Part shown: positions 1 to 13,076 of the stretch, one piece after another | How the letters are laid out: each line of letters begins with the position of its first letter | Position numbering within the stretch: position 1 is the first letter of the stretch | Assembly: GCF_902459465.1 (NCBI RefSeq) | Contig: NC_047063.1 | Span: 10,540,001 to 10,604,000 of the forward strand | Direction: 5' to 3' | Origin: Asterias rubens | Lineage: Eukaryota | DNA: 64,000 nucleotides | Position numbers and translations under genes: made by a program | The notes under the pieces: model-generated | Told to the model about the DNA's origin: nothing | The model's database searches: none | The model's input: only the letters and a program-made list of their open reading frames with translations

Positions 1-806
1 TTTCTAGTTTAAAGGATCATTGCCCAAAAACAAGACGTGTCTCCGCAGAAGGAGAAACAGAAATATAAAGAGAGAAATATCCTCAACTTAACACTTCTCA
101 CGGAGAAGGTTGTCTGACAGCTTTTTTATACCAAAAGCGATAGTTGTTAACATTTTTATTAGCTTTATTTGCACACATATATATATAAAGAGCAGATGAA
201 ACAAATCTAGCAAGAAATCGAGACAAGGTACAACGATGGATGAGTTGGTTAGACCATCGTCCATGTTCAATATTGCAAAAAACGTGGCACTCGCAAAACG
301 AAATGGCTCTTTTAACAGATTTGGTCTTGACATTTGCTTGTATAATATATGGCCCAATTCATTACATATGGTTGTACCCTATATGTAATTCTTCTTTAGT
401 ACAAATACAAACAAACAAACATACGGTTATAATAAACTATTGGACAGAACGACAAGAAAGACTAGTATAATAACACAAATTTTCAATTTGTTTTAAATTT
501 TAAGTAAGTACTGTAATTTAGCCATTACTTGTCACCTTTCTCTAGTCAGTCTTAAGTACCGGTAAGGCAATGTCTTAATATAATCAACTATATTAATTTT
601 CTTTTCTATTTAGTTTACTAAGAAATATATAGTTGACAACTATAACATTATGTCGAAAGTGGCACACAGGGCATCTGTGCATTATATCTTGTATGTTTAT
701 GGCCATATGCCTTATTACGAATATGCGACTGTTGTGTAAGAAAATAGTGCATAGTTACTTCTAGCCAACTTAGTGCTAAATAGCTAGCTCAGAGCTCACT
801 GACAGG

Positions 807-875
807 AGCGGGATTTGAACCTGCGACCTCCGAAATGTGTATGTTAACTTTGAGGTCGCATGTTCAAATCCCGCT
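807..875. repeat. Two head-to-head tRNA-derived SINE B-box fragments forming a 24-bp stem
   Basis: 807-830 is the reverse complement of 852-875 with one mismatch; contains a GGTTCAAATCCC B-box-like motif. Confidence 0.65.
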
Positions 876-953
876 GTAGTCAATGTTTTGTTTGTCCAAC
901 GGTTCATATTAACAAAATATAAAAAAATGTGTAGTAGATGATTGCATAGAAAT

Positions 954-1573
954 TTAATTGGGTTGGCTTGGCAACCTTTTACGTAGTTTTAAAAGCAACG
1001 TGGCAGTGTCATCTGAAGGTTCGTCAATCGTCAACTGTCCTGGTGACCACTGGGTAGTCTTGGTGTGTTGTAGTTCGTTCTTTGTCTTCTTCAACTCGTC
1101 TTGTGTTTCAATCAATCCACGCTGGAGACCCTTTACTAAACTCTCAAGATACTTCACCCTCGAATCGGTGGTGTCGCTTGAACTCCGTCCCCGTGTTCGA
1201 TGCTCAACCACCGGACTTGTTGCACGGGGGAAAGCACCACCCTGTCGGTGAATCTCAAAGTCCCGGGACTCCGGGATTTGATCCAGACCCTGGCTCATCG
1301 CACATCGGGATAAAGACTCGATACTCCCCGTGCTCAAGTCGTTGGCTGTCCACTCAGAGTCCGTACTGTCGTACGTTGAATATTTGTCGTCCTCAACATT
1401 CCAGCTACTGTTTGCACTACTATTTGAAGTACAATCCCATGATATCGAGCGATCAAGTCTCTGCTGTGATGGGAAATTGGCCAGCGGCTGCGTTTTCATA
1501 AGATCATCCTCTATGGCGTCGGCCATTTTGTTTTGTGTGTAAGTCTGTCCAGAATCCTTTGCACGTTCCACAT
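954..1573 (-). CDS. Ankyrin gene terminal exon 3 (Ser/Asp-rich region, heptad-like VKYLESLVKGLQRGLIETQDELKKTKNELQ)
   Basis: 620-nt open frame with acceptor CTTCATTCTCATTACAG; phase 1 matches exon 2. An unseen extra 3' exon cannot be fully excluded. Confidence 0.75.
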
Positions 1574-4500
1574 CTGTAATGAGAATGAAGTAGAGTCAAG
1601 GTACCATAAAATCTCTCCCAGTTTCACACATTTCACACAAATATAGTATTTGGGTTGGTTACTTCAATCTAGTAAGCATAATTGTTTTGGGCTTAGGTAC
1701 ATTTTGTGCTTAAACAGAGCTCTATGAAATTTATAAAAATAGCGGGAAAATCCATCACTATATTAGATGCTGCTGATCATGTTTTCATTTGTTTTGTGAA
1801 AGAGTGAATTCTTTCCAATCCTATTATTTTTCATGAAACCAACCATATGATATTTACTTCATCCATATCGGTGGCTGAAACAAAGATTCAAAGATTTACT
1901 GAACAAAGGTTTACGTTTGTGCATTGATTCTTGTACACTTTAATGTCAGGCTTATTTCGATTGCTATCATAGAAATAAGCATTGGTGATTTGGATTTTTG
2001 TTCGAATGCTATTCACTCGACCTTGTCAGTATTTCCAGCATTTCATACGGAATAACTTATCTAGAGAATTGGAACTTGTTAGTCCTTGAGCTTTCAGATT
2101 GAAACTCTGATAATGTATTCATCGAAATTTAGAATCCTGTTTAATCATCGTAGCTCAGTCATTTCCCCGATATCCACAAGATGTGTGATTGGACTAATAG
2201 TTTAATACAGGTATGATATTCTTCCTATACGTAAGTCTGATTTGTTTTGCTCTTGACAAAAATCAGAAAAACTGTGATAAAATAGCCTTGACTTTCCATT
2301 AAAACCTACACCATGTGTTCATGTGTATTTAAGTAAGTCTTTGCCCTGTAACTCAATAAAATACATGATGGTCTACTAAGCCTTTTTGAAAAACGATGGC
2401 CACTCTGGGGTTGCACTGTTTGGTTTTGGTGGATATGATGATTAGATCACATATAGGTCCGTTCTCTATGATCAGATTTACCCAAACCTGTGTCATAGTA
2501 CTGTGTCCGCCATACCTCAAAATGGCTCACTTCTACTTTTTCAAAGGACAAAATAGTCATGATTAGATCACTATGTCCTTTCTCTCTATGATCAGATTTA
2601 CCCAAGCCTGTGTTATAGTACTGTGTCCGCCAAATACCTCAAACTCCTACTTTTTTTTCAAAGGACCAAATAGTCATGCCTGCTAATGACACTCACCTAG
2701 TCGCATGACATGCTGTAGGTACTGTACAATCCTGTGGTGCCTGGCTGACTCTGCGTCATCAAGAGCCGTCTTCCTCTTTGAGTTCCTGATGTCCAGTTTA
2801 CATCCTCCTTCCACCAGACACCGTACTGCCCCGTAGTGCCCTCTGTATGCTGCTAGATGGAGAGGTGTGTCTCCGTAGCTTGTCTGTACGTTGATGTCAG
2901 CACCGTGCTTCAGGAGAAGTCTGTAATGGACAGGAGAACCAAGAATTATTACTCGTTTTATCAAAGTACTAATTTCTTGTTTTACCGATACACACCGAGC
3001 TATGTGAACAAATCACTGGCATATTACTCGGGTGGGATTCGAACCCAAGACCTTTGCCATTCTAGAGCAGCGTCTAAGCAACTAGACCACCGAGATAAGA
3101 ACTTGGTAATTTACAGACCGAACATTTTCAAGTTCACAACCAGTCGCCATAAGGGATTAACCTTCTATTAAATGCCTTATTGTGTGGGTACTGCTGCTGC
3201 ATTAGCTTTGAGATCGTTTCAAAAATTCTCTGAGCAGTCAGCAGATCAGAATAAAGTTTGAAACCTTTGTGCTGACTTTATGTGCTGTCATTGTTACCTG
3301 TTGAGACAAAATTACGAGTTTATGTAGTTTCTTCTGAACATAAATTGCCCATCTCTCACTATGGTTTTTTTATTGGTACATTACAAACGAAGGAAAACAT
3401 TTCAAATCATAAGTTTGATAGATAAGAATAATTGCTCTTGACTTTAGTCACATTTATTGCTTTTCTTGTTTTCATCGAGCGTATTTCAGGCCCTCTTTCT
3501 GTTAAAAAAAACCATAAATAACTTCAGCATGAGTGGCTAACAGTTCGTCAATGTTTTAATGTTTAGGATGTTCATCTAAGTTTTTCTCAGTTAGCAAACA
3601 AGGTCGACCTGTAAATTTGCACGTTCTCAACATTGTTTGACAATGAATTATTGTTGTCACAAACCAGTGTTTGATTTCTTTCCATCTCGAATGAAAGGCC
3701 TACTGGGAACCGGATGAATGAAAGAATGAAAATAAGAATAAAAGTGGGGGAAACGTTCAGAGAATTCGTGAATACACGATACTTTTGTATTTGGGGAATT
3801 CAAGGACGAGCACATTGTTCAGGCGAGGAATTCCGCAATCGGGTGTTTTCCCAATTGATTGTGCCCTGGGGGTTACAATTGAGGAGAAAGCTATTGGGGA
3901 TAATAATAATGGAATATAATTAAACGAAATTGTGTCGTGTCATGGCCGAGTGTTTTATGTGTCGGACCCAAGCTCTGGTGCTGTCAGTAGCAGAGTTTGG
4001 GGCTTGAATCCAGTTTTGGATTCGGCTTCATCGGCTAATTCGGCTAATTTATATACTATCTTTATAAAAATTGAATGGTTGACCAGCTCTTGCTGCGCGC
4101 TTTTGCAAATTTGAATAATTCTTGCGGCCTGATGAAATGGACTGACCTTATTTGAACAGTGAATGCTAAACTGTGAAATTGAACTACTCCTTTTGACTAT
4201 TGAATGCCGATCACTGCGGAGCAATCATTTTCAAACCAGACTGGATGAGCCGGGTGCTAAAATGAATGGATTTTTTTTTTTAAATTGACTGGGAAACCTA
4301 TAAAAACCGAACATCTGGGTCAAACAGTCCCTCTGAAACCCAGATCCGGGTTAACTCTACACGGGGGCTTCAACCCCGGACCTCGAATCTATAGTCAAAC
4401 CATGCTCACGGAGGCCATGAAGTTTTTAAGACACGGATCCTGATGATCCAGGGCGGCAGTCAACCTTAATGTCATTCAACTTGAACGAAACATGAATAGA

Positions 4501-7500
4501 GGTAAACTTAGGGGTAAAGCTTGATAGATCGTCCATGCTGTGATGATAATTTCAGGGTGGCCAGCCACCAGCTGGTTAGCCTTGTTTTCACTATGAGGAA
4601 AAATTACGTTTATAACACAGGCTGTCCTATTTCTAAAATTGTTCCTTTATAAACCTTTTTAATAGATGTAGATTTGCATGGGTATGAAGAATATTCGTTT
4701 TTTGTTTTACCCATCACCGATGTGTGTTTAGCACTGAATACTCGACTTTCCCTAGATATGTGTGAAATATATAAACCTTGCTAAACCTTGTCCTATAACC
4801 ATAACCAAGGTTCCCCGGTGTTAAAATGCTTGATTTTCAACTAATTAAACCTGCTATTTTTGGACATTGCAGGTCCATAATGCCATAATTCAGACCACAA
4901 ATGGCTTATTCAGGGGGAGTATGTTTGGGGGTTTTCTTAACTTTACCCCCGCACTTATTGCAAACATTCAGGAAGGCTATTAGAGTGGGGGCCATTGAAA
5001 AAAAGTGATTTGTCATCAGCAAGCCTTTTGTGACAAATCTGTTTTTTCAGTGACTGTAACAATAATCCTTCACACTGTGCCACACACAGTCGCATCCAAT
5101 ATTTATAGGCCTATATACACATGAATGAACGGGTGATTTCGGTGTTTCCCCCTACGACCCTTTACCCCCTGTATCTGTGTGCACTGGCTCGTTGACAACA
5201 GGAACCAGGAACGGGATGTAAACATGCCGAGTCTCTACATCCTGGGGAGGGGGAAAACTTCATCGCCCAATGAAATGGTGTTTCACAATCTTTGAGTTTG
5301 TTCATGTTCGTTTCAGATGTTGTGCGAGGTTTGATCATAGAGTCCTTACTCTATGGTTTGATGATGTAATTGGGAAATTATGAGCTATTTGTAACATTTT
5401 TAATACTATTCTTTTTTTTTCCATAGAAGTTTCGTGCCGGAACAAATTTAGTTTTTATATTTTGATTTAGGCCTATCAAAAAACACCCAAATGAAACCCA
5501 ATTCAGTTCGTTCTGCTATCTTGTCTAAAAGTTTACACCGCAAAAAAGATGGCCCTAACATTTTTCGTTTGGGGGTCATTTCTTTTTTAGTCTGGATCGT
5601 CTCTTCTGTGGACACTGTGACCATTTTCGAAACCACGGCCTCGGCTCCAGACTTGGCTTATGATAGCCTGGCCCCGCGGTTGTTTTGACAATTGCACGTG
5701 TTTATACGTAGGCCTACGTGCTCAGGGCTTCAGACGAGAGGACGGAGCCTGGAGCTGAATCCAAAGCCAGAGCCGTGTTTCGAAAAGGGCCTATGAGTCT
5801 ACAATTTGCCTAAACCTAAAAAGTGTTACGCTATATACAGTAAAATATATTTTTCTTCCTCCATGGTCCACCATACCCCAAAATGGCTTGCAGAATTTCA
5901 TTGTTTTTCTCTCCGGAACGGTATAACAAAATTAGGCATTGAAACCTAAACCAAATTTGAAAACTGAACCGTTTGTGGACGCGGTTCCTTCCTCTAATAG
6001 CTGTCACACAAGGCATTGAGATGATCCGGTCCATGTGAGGGGGAGATGGTGACAATGAGTTTAAAGGAAGTTTTGTTTTCCTAGAAACACCCCGTACCTG
6101 ACACAGTTTTAAGTTCAACACGGAACTACCATAAGATCACCGAACCATTAAGTTCAACTATATAACTATCAGTTTTAAGTTTTGTACAAATACATTTGTA
6201 CAAGGATGTACTAGAAGCCCTTTATATAATATAGAGTGCTGTGAGCGGGAGGGGAGTGCGAATGAAGTTACGCCATATTGTGTTCATTAAAGTGAAGTTT
6301 CTCTGTAACTTGTAGTAAATCCGTATCCGGGTGTGCATGATGCCGTGGTGGAATGCTCAACACGAAATGTTAATTTGACATTGAGCCAACCCCAAGCATG
6401 AGCCACATCGTGTTCTAGCTGGAGTAGTGGTGTCCAAATCAACTGTTGTGAATTAAGCTAAGAATTAACCTAAAGAATAGACCTATTGAAAACCAAACGT
6501 TTCACGAAACCTGTCGCCATTGTCCGCCCAAAACAATTCATCAACTCGTGTGAAGGTGGTCAGAATTGCACGTGGGCCTACGTAAACATTGCCGGTATCG
6601 TCTACACCGATCATTGCAACATTTTATTTTGTACAGATTTGTTCAAAGTTTAAATATGTGTTGTTCATTTAGTGATAATGACATTGACCTACTTCTGAGT
6701 AAACGCGGTGTTTCTGTATGATATTGATTACACAGTTGCCATACAATGAAAAGCAATGGACAATAAACTCACGCGGAAACAACTACTTGGTCGAAACCAT
6801 TTTGTATAATGATCGTTGCACTTCCACTTCCGGAAGGTTTAGGTTTTCCTTGATGTAGTTTTTAAGGAAAGAAACTTATGGTAATTCACCTCATTTGTAC
6901 TCAATTACTCATATTCCTGTACACAATGTCTTTGCCTCTTGGAGTGTTTTGTTTCTTTCCTGTTTTCTCCCAATTTATATTGACAGACATGTTTGTGTCA
7001 CCTGTCTCGCTTATAATAATATGATGATTGGGAAACACGAAGGGATCTGCAAGTACACTTAAAGATCTTGGTTTATGTGTACAAGTGCCTCAACAGCACA
7101 GCACCTGGCTGTTTATCCTCTTGCCTGTCTCCCCATCGGCCTGGCCGCAATACTCGCCTCATGGTACCTAAATAACTCAATCAAACTTCCCCACACACCT
7201 AGAATGCACTCTCCACCTCAATCAGGAAATCTGACTCTCTTCGAACATTTAAGAAGTGTATCAAACATTCTCTGTACCCTAATGCGCTGCGTTCTACACG
7301 TAGTAGCGCTATAATGCCCAATAACCAAACTCAACAAGAGGGCTCTCCGTTGACGGTGACATCCCGGCTGATCGCTGATTGAGCCTTCCAACGTTGTCAA
7401 AGAAGCCATGTGGTCTCCCGTTCCAGTCGCTTGGGACAGCTGCTCAACGAAGCTCAAGCCACGAAGGCATTGACAAAAGGCTACAAGTAAATACGCTCAT

Positions 7501-8741
7501 ACGACGTGTGTAGCCAAAGTGTATGTTGTATAAGTGCACGTACCCCATGCACCAACAATGGAATGGGCACGTTGCCATTGCATCGGTCCAAAAGGACCCA
7601 TTAAGGGGAAACCCCTAGTTATGGTGTCATACCGCAATGTCAATTTTGCTTACACCGTCCTGTCAATAAGCCGGGACCAGGAGGAAACCGCATTGCCATG
7701 TCAGGCGTAAATGTAGAGTTCTACCATGATTTACTCCACGCTTATAGTATTTTGAACTTCCGACATTCAAGGCAGGGTACAGACCATGTGAACTTTGTTT
7801 ACAATAAGTGTGACCTTGTACATTCTTTCAGTATCCTGGCAGGCACAATACTATACTACACAGGTCCTATGGGAAGTTGACATTTTGTGTCACAATTTGC
7901 ACACAAATCAAAGAATTATTAAAGTAAAATCTGGACAAGTTTTGAGATGTGCCCCCTTTCATCATATCAAAAGAATTAGACAGAGCAATCTGCATAAAAT
8001 ATAAGATTTTATTATTTTTTCCATTAGGCTATGTACAAATCATGCCTGCGGGAAGTCCAGGCTCTGTGGCTCGTTTGTAAACATGTGATGTCACAGGTCA
8101 CACGTCTATACTTTTGGTAATATATTGTCAAAGACAAGTATTCTCACTGTTTTCCAGGCAGCATGCACAAAACAACAAATCTGTAATATTGAAGTTGGGC
8201 TCGAGTGGTCATCATCGGAAATTGCAAGAAAATAATGAAAGAAAAACACCCTTATAAGACACCCTTGCCGTATAAAACGGCTGTTGAGAAAGGTTTTTTG
8301 CCTGAAACATTTCTAAGATTAAATTTGTGGGTGAAATTATCTCTTGCTCTAAAAATCTATATTATGACTCGAAATATTATTAATCATATTAACATCTCTC
8401 CAGCGATCTCTAGTAAGTTGAAAAACAGAAAGTTAAATAATGAAATTAGAACTTCAATTTAGTGCTTACCTGACTACCAGCTCGTGGCCCCTCTCCGAAG
8501 CAGCGTGAAGCGGACCCGCACCCCACGCCGTATAAAAACCACAAACGCCCCGTCCCTTCCACAGCAGCAACCGCACCATCTCGTAGTTCCCGGTGACGCA
8601 CGCACAAAACAGGAGCGTCTCCTTAGTCTGGGGTGCCCTGTACGCAAGGAGCTGAGCAACTTCATCATCTGGTAACGTAGAGAACACCTTGCGGACGTAC
8701 TTGTGCTCACCTTTCTTAACTGCCGTTAATAGTTCTGACAT
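954..8741 (-). CDS. Ankyrin-repeat protein with Ser-rich linker and C-terminal coiled coil; complement(join(954..1573,2697..2920,8470..8741)), 371 aa
   Basis: Three ORF segments join through GT-AG introns with matching phases: AG|GTAAG at 8470, TTACAG|A at 2920, G|GTGAGT at 2697, TTACAG|AT at 1573. Total 1116 nt, in frame to TAA at 954-956. Ankyrin motifs ETLLFCAC, GPLHAASERGH, DTPLHLAAYRGH, KTALDDA. AATAAA on the minus strand at 155-160 and 164-169. Confidence 0.85.
2438..2678. repeat. Two-copy ~120-bp direct repeat in ankyrin intron 2
   Basis: TCTCTATGATCAGATTTACCCAA...CTGTGTCCGC occurs at about 2463 and 2583. Confidence 0.8.
2697..2920 (-). CDS. Ankyrin gene coding exon 2 (RLLLKHGADINVQTSYGDTPLHLAAYRGH...)
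   Basis: Textbook ankyrin repeats; pyrimidine-rich acceptor CTCCTGTCCATTACAG; donor G|GTGAGT. Confidence 0.92.
2965..3095 (-). mobile_element. tRNA-derived SINE
   Basis: A-box-like TGGTCTAGTTG (3089-3079) and B-box GGTTCGAATCC (3045-3035); a related copy lies at 35762-35880. Confidence 0.7.
3941..4014 (+). mobile_element. Degenerate tRNA-derived SINE head
   Basis: CATGGCCGAGTG A-box-like start and a decayed B-box about 60 nt later. Confidence 0.4.
8470..8741 (-). CDS. Ankyrin gene coding exon 1 (MSELLTAVKKG...ASERGHELVV)
   Basis: ATG at 8741-8739, ankyrin-like translation, donor AG|GTAAGC, ends in phase 2. Confidence 0.85.
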
Positions 8742-10579
8742 TTTAAATAGTCTTGGCGTGGCACCTGGAGATACTCGGTGTTTTACACAGCTTTCCAAAT
8801 TTACGCACCCGCAAGAGTTCGACTGGTGATGTCCGCACATGTTATAAGTTACACCACCATGCAGTCCCGATAACATTGCATTTCTTTATGTTTACAGATA
8901 GTTTCATTCACAAACCTCCCGCTCATAAACATCAACTCGTAGTGGCACTGAGTACAGCAGAGGGCCTTATACCTATGCCGTTGCAGTGACAAATAATACT
9001 TCCGGGTTTTCATAATGGTTCCGCTTGAGTCATGAACCCACACATTGCGTTTACTTGGTGCTTCTTGGAACCGCTATAGTGTGTATATGTATGGTGGATT
9101 GCAAGTAGGTGAAACCCCGAAAAGGAAGTTTATCACCAAAGGTACTATACGAGTGCGTTGTTGCGGCCGTTGCAATCACTTTTTGAGTTGTGGACAGTGG
9201 TAAACAAAAATATCAAGTTTAACCAAAACAGGTTCACGACCGTGAAAAACACACGGGGTCAAATATTGACAAGTTTGTTTTAAAGTTCCAACATATTGAT
9301 TGAATAGACTAATATCAACAAAATAGTGTGCAAAAACTGTACACAATATTTGTATGTACATGTACAATAACGATATTGGCGAAACATGTTTAAATTGATT
9401 TTGTGTTTGGTCCTGTAAGGGGGCGTGGCTAATACTTTATGGATTGTGGTGATTCTTAGCTTTTCACCACTTGATTATAATGTGCTGTTTTGCGAGTGAT
9501 GTTGTTTTCAGCTTTTGTCTTTTTTATATTTCTTGTTTTCTATTTAATTATTTCACGATTGTTATGCGCTTGTTTTAATATGGATTTGTGCAATATAAAT
9601 CATTTTTTAGACAGTTATTTCGTGGGTATGACAACATAATAATCAGCATAACCGCAGGGTTATGATTTTATTTTGTTTGAATTCGGACAAAAAAAACAAA
9701 GAAAGAATCTCGCCAAAAGACAAATATATTGAAGGAGCAAATAAAAAGTAATAAATTAGTCTGAAAGGTTTTTACAATGAAATAACATTTGCAGAAAATT
9801 ATAGGCTATCAAAGTTGAACCCTTGTATTTACGATAGAAGTTTTCCTCTGTACACAAGCATGGAATACAATTTCATAAACTTCCCCATCAGTAACAATGT
9901 TGCTAAGGCCTACATGATATTCATTATTTGAGGAAATTATTTCCAAACACCTGTTCCAACACCTGTCAACATCATGATCTGTTTCAAGAGTGTAGATGTC
10001 ACTGTTGTTTCCGTGTGTTTTGTGTATCGTCGATGTGTGTTATCTTGTCAATCTATGATGAGACTAATGACCTATGTGGATGGCAGTTTGGGGGAAACAC
10101 GTCAACGCTTTCGGCATTCTGTCGTTTCTAATGTGGCATTTTATACGCAGGGTCAAAACTCGGTTATACAATTTACGTAATGTCCACTCGATTTGCAGTA
10201 TCGTTGTCGGCGTGTAAATGGAATAGAATGGTCAGAGTGTAGTTTTTTTTTCTTTCTTTTTTGAAATCTTGAGACTTACACAATAGCTACAGGTTGTACA
10301 GGGGCTGTCAATGTTAAAACATGTATAAAAACTGCCATCAAAAGATGTGTAAAACCAGACCCCTGCCAACGATAACAATATAATTATACAACATAAAAAG
10401 GAGATTGCATGAAACATTTAAAAATCATACAAGAAATCATTAAAACACAAGCAAATCCAGATTATTGAAAGAAGAAAAAAATGAGAAAAAACTGCACCCA
10501 CAACAAAACACCGTGTAGCAATAGGAGGAAGGGACAACAATTTAAAAGCAAAAACCCTAGAATGGACTAAAAACCCCCA

Positions 10580-11460
10580 ACCCACAGAGCCATCCTTACG
10601 GGTACACAGTCGCTACAGTCCCCGGTCGCTACACATCGAGTTACGATGCAAAGTACCTTGGGCACGTTGCACCGATCTCGGTGTTTGATCCCTCGTCGTA
10701 CTTTCCTCAGTCCCATGCCCAGTCTACACCCATTAAGTACTCGTCGACCGATGGTCTGTTAGCAATAGCTCATAACTGATGCCTGAACAACAACGAACTT
10801 TAAATCTGAAATTTCCATCTTGCAATAGTAACTTATCAATCTACTCGTTTTGTATCCCTCAGTGATGTCCCATCCAAAGAATCTCCAAACATTTTCACGA
10901 AGAGTTTGTTTCATCAAATACTTTTTTTAGTTACACCTTAAAGGCACTGGACACTATTGGTTATTGTCAAAGACCAGTCTTTGCTCTTGGTGTATCTCAA
11001 CAAATGCATAAAATAACAAACCTGTAAAAAATTTGAGCTCAATTGGTCGTCGAAGTTGCGAGATAATTATGAAAGAATAAACACCCTTGTCACACGAAGT
11101 TGTGTGCGTTCAGATTGTTGATTTCGAGACCTCATCAAGTTCTAAATTTGAGGTCTCGAAATCAAATTAGTGGAAAATTACTTCTTTCTCGAGACCTGTG
11201 TCTCAGAGGGAGCCGTTTCTCACAATGTTTTATACCATCAACCTCTCCCCATTACTCACCAAGTAAGGTTTTATGCAAATAATTATTTTGGGTAATTACC
11301 AATAGTGTCCACTGCCTTTAATTGAGGATCAAACATTTTCTCATTTTTGAAGAAGTTTAATGTAAATTGAGACATGATTGGTACAAAATGTTGTTTTTTA
11401 CAAAAACATTCAAGTGGTTAACCACTCTTGAGGTATTTTTAAAGCAGCTTGCTAATAATT
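10580..11460 (+). pseudogene. Inverted partial duplicate of homeobox exon 3 (last ~65 codons) plus 3' UTR, interrupted by a MITE
   Basis: Aligns to the reverse complement of about 14609-15099. Two mismatches in the ~198 coding nt; no homeodomain, start codon or acceptor upstream. Confidence 0.9.
10938..11321 (+). mobile_element. Non-autonomous TTAA-flanked TIR element (Kolobok-like MITE), family A
   Basis: TTAA-AGGCACTGGACACTATTGG ... CCAATAGTGTCCACTGCCT-TTAA; the paralogous empty site at about 14737-14740 has a single TTAA. Confidence 0.85.
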
Positions 11461-13076
11461 AAACAACTTAAAAACGTAAACTTGAATGCCTTAATGAAAT
11501 AGAATGACCGAAACGAATCTGAATGAGAAAAAAATTTAACATGTGCGCACGAAACAAAATTGAAGCTGAAATTGGCCGGGAAAAACTATATTTTTTTATA
11601 CGAAATATTCACGACTTTGTCCGAAAATTTACGCACAATAATTGTGGGCTCCAAATCGTAAACAAATTACGTAATGCGGCGATTTGGGGACACTCGTAAA
11701 TATTTGCACGAATAATGTGCAATTGGAGCATAAATCGCAAAATGTTCGATGTCCATAGTGACACAGAACTTGAGCCGGATCAATAAAACCGCTTGGTCAC
11801 GACCTATCAAAATGACCGAGACAATTGAAGAGAAAACATTGACCATATTATTACAGGAAGGCAGGTGAGCTCTAAATACGAATATCGTGGGGTATTCCCA
11901 TGAGGTATTCTAAAACAAAGCATGATTCAACGCTGTCAAAATCACCTTTCCTGTCGCGCGAGCCCCGTCAAATTTCCTCCTCTCTTGCTTTGTGTTCCAA
12001 CCGTGGGTGACTTCTGCAATGTTTTCTCAAATAATAGTATTGATAATACGAGGAAGAGAGAAAATACAAAAGCATCGTCATACACCATTCAATGATCACA
12101 CAGAACAAATTCCTTTATTGTGTTTGACTCACTGGAAGTACATTATTATTACTTTTATAGCTATTTCAGTTTGGTTTGAATAGAAAAACAAACACGGAGT
12201 TTCATTGCTTATTTGATGACCCATCCAGTGTGCTGATATTTATCAAAATAGTTTCATACTTCACAACTTTGTTAAAGCACGCGGGAAATCACAATCCAAA
12301 AATGCTGACAACAATTCTTACTCATTTATAAATTAATAGAGTCACAACCTTTATTTTTACATGATGACAACCCAACCAACATCATGCGTTTTACCTATTT
12401 TTTTATTGACTGTGATACTCCAAAAAGGGGGGGGGGGGTCAGTGCTAACCCGGATTCTGGGTCAGGGGCCCGACCCGTTTCGTGGTCAGGCTGACCCAGC
12501 AAACCAGGTTTGAAGAAGGGAATTTTTAATTTTGTGTTGCATCAGTTACTGGCAAGGATTGACCCAGAATTCGGGTCAATTCTGACCCAATGTTTTAAAA
12601 GCGATTGCATTATATTTTTTAAATGCATTTAATGACAGAAAAATATATATATATAAATTTCTTTGATGGCTCTAACACCACGAATCCGTGTTTTGGTTTA
12701 CCTGTGTAGATCAGCTCTAACCTTGACGTCGTCAAATTATCTTGGTTGCGGGATCTTGGGAGTCAGTAGGCCTATTCCCCAAATTTCGGGGGAAACCCGA
12801 AACACCATTCACTGAACATGAGATTGTATGTTTCACTGTAAATGTACATGTTTTCGCAATCTCGTTTCATCATTATTCTATTGCACGATATTAGATTTTG
12901 TTTTATGTTAAGCTTTGTTGTGACATAAAGCTCTCTGCATATTATCTAAACCATTGTGTGGTAATGTTTTAAGGTTGATGGGGCCCCCGAAATCCCAAAC
13001 ATTTCTTTAACCTCTCTCCCAAGTTGTAGAGTCTTACCAATCCTACTCTATCCAGACATGAACACTGCAGTGTCGT

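Noticed and set aside
88-357. 89-aa minus-strand ORF downstream of the ankyrin stop
   Set aside because: No recognisable domain or convincing acceptor; it overlaps the putative poly(A) signals, so it is probably 3' UTR.
2965-3095. Possible tRNA genes at the A/B-box sequences (also 807-875 and 35762-35880)
   Set aside because: No complete cloverleaf, and shared non-tRNA 3' bodies indicate SINEs.
8742-8876. Upstream extension of the ankyrin ORF given in the ORF track
   Set aside because: It relies on a non-ATG start; the first ATG (8741, AAAATGT context) begins the ankyrin-like sequence.
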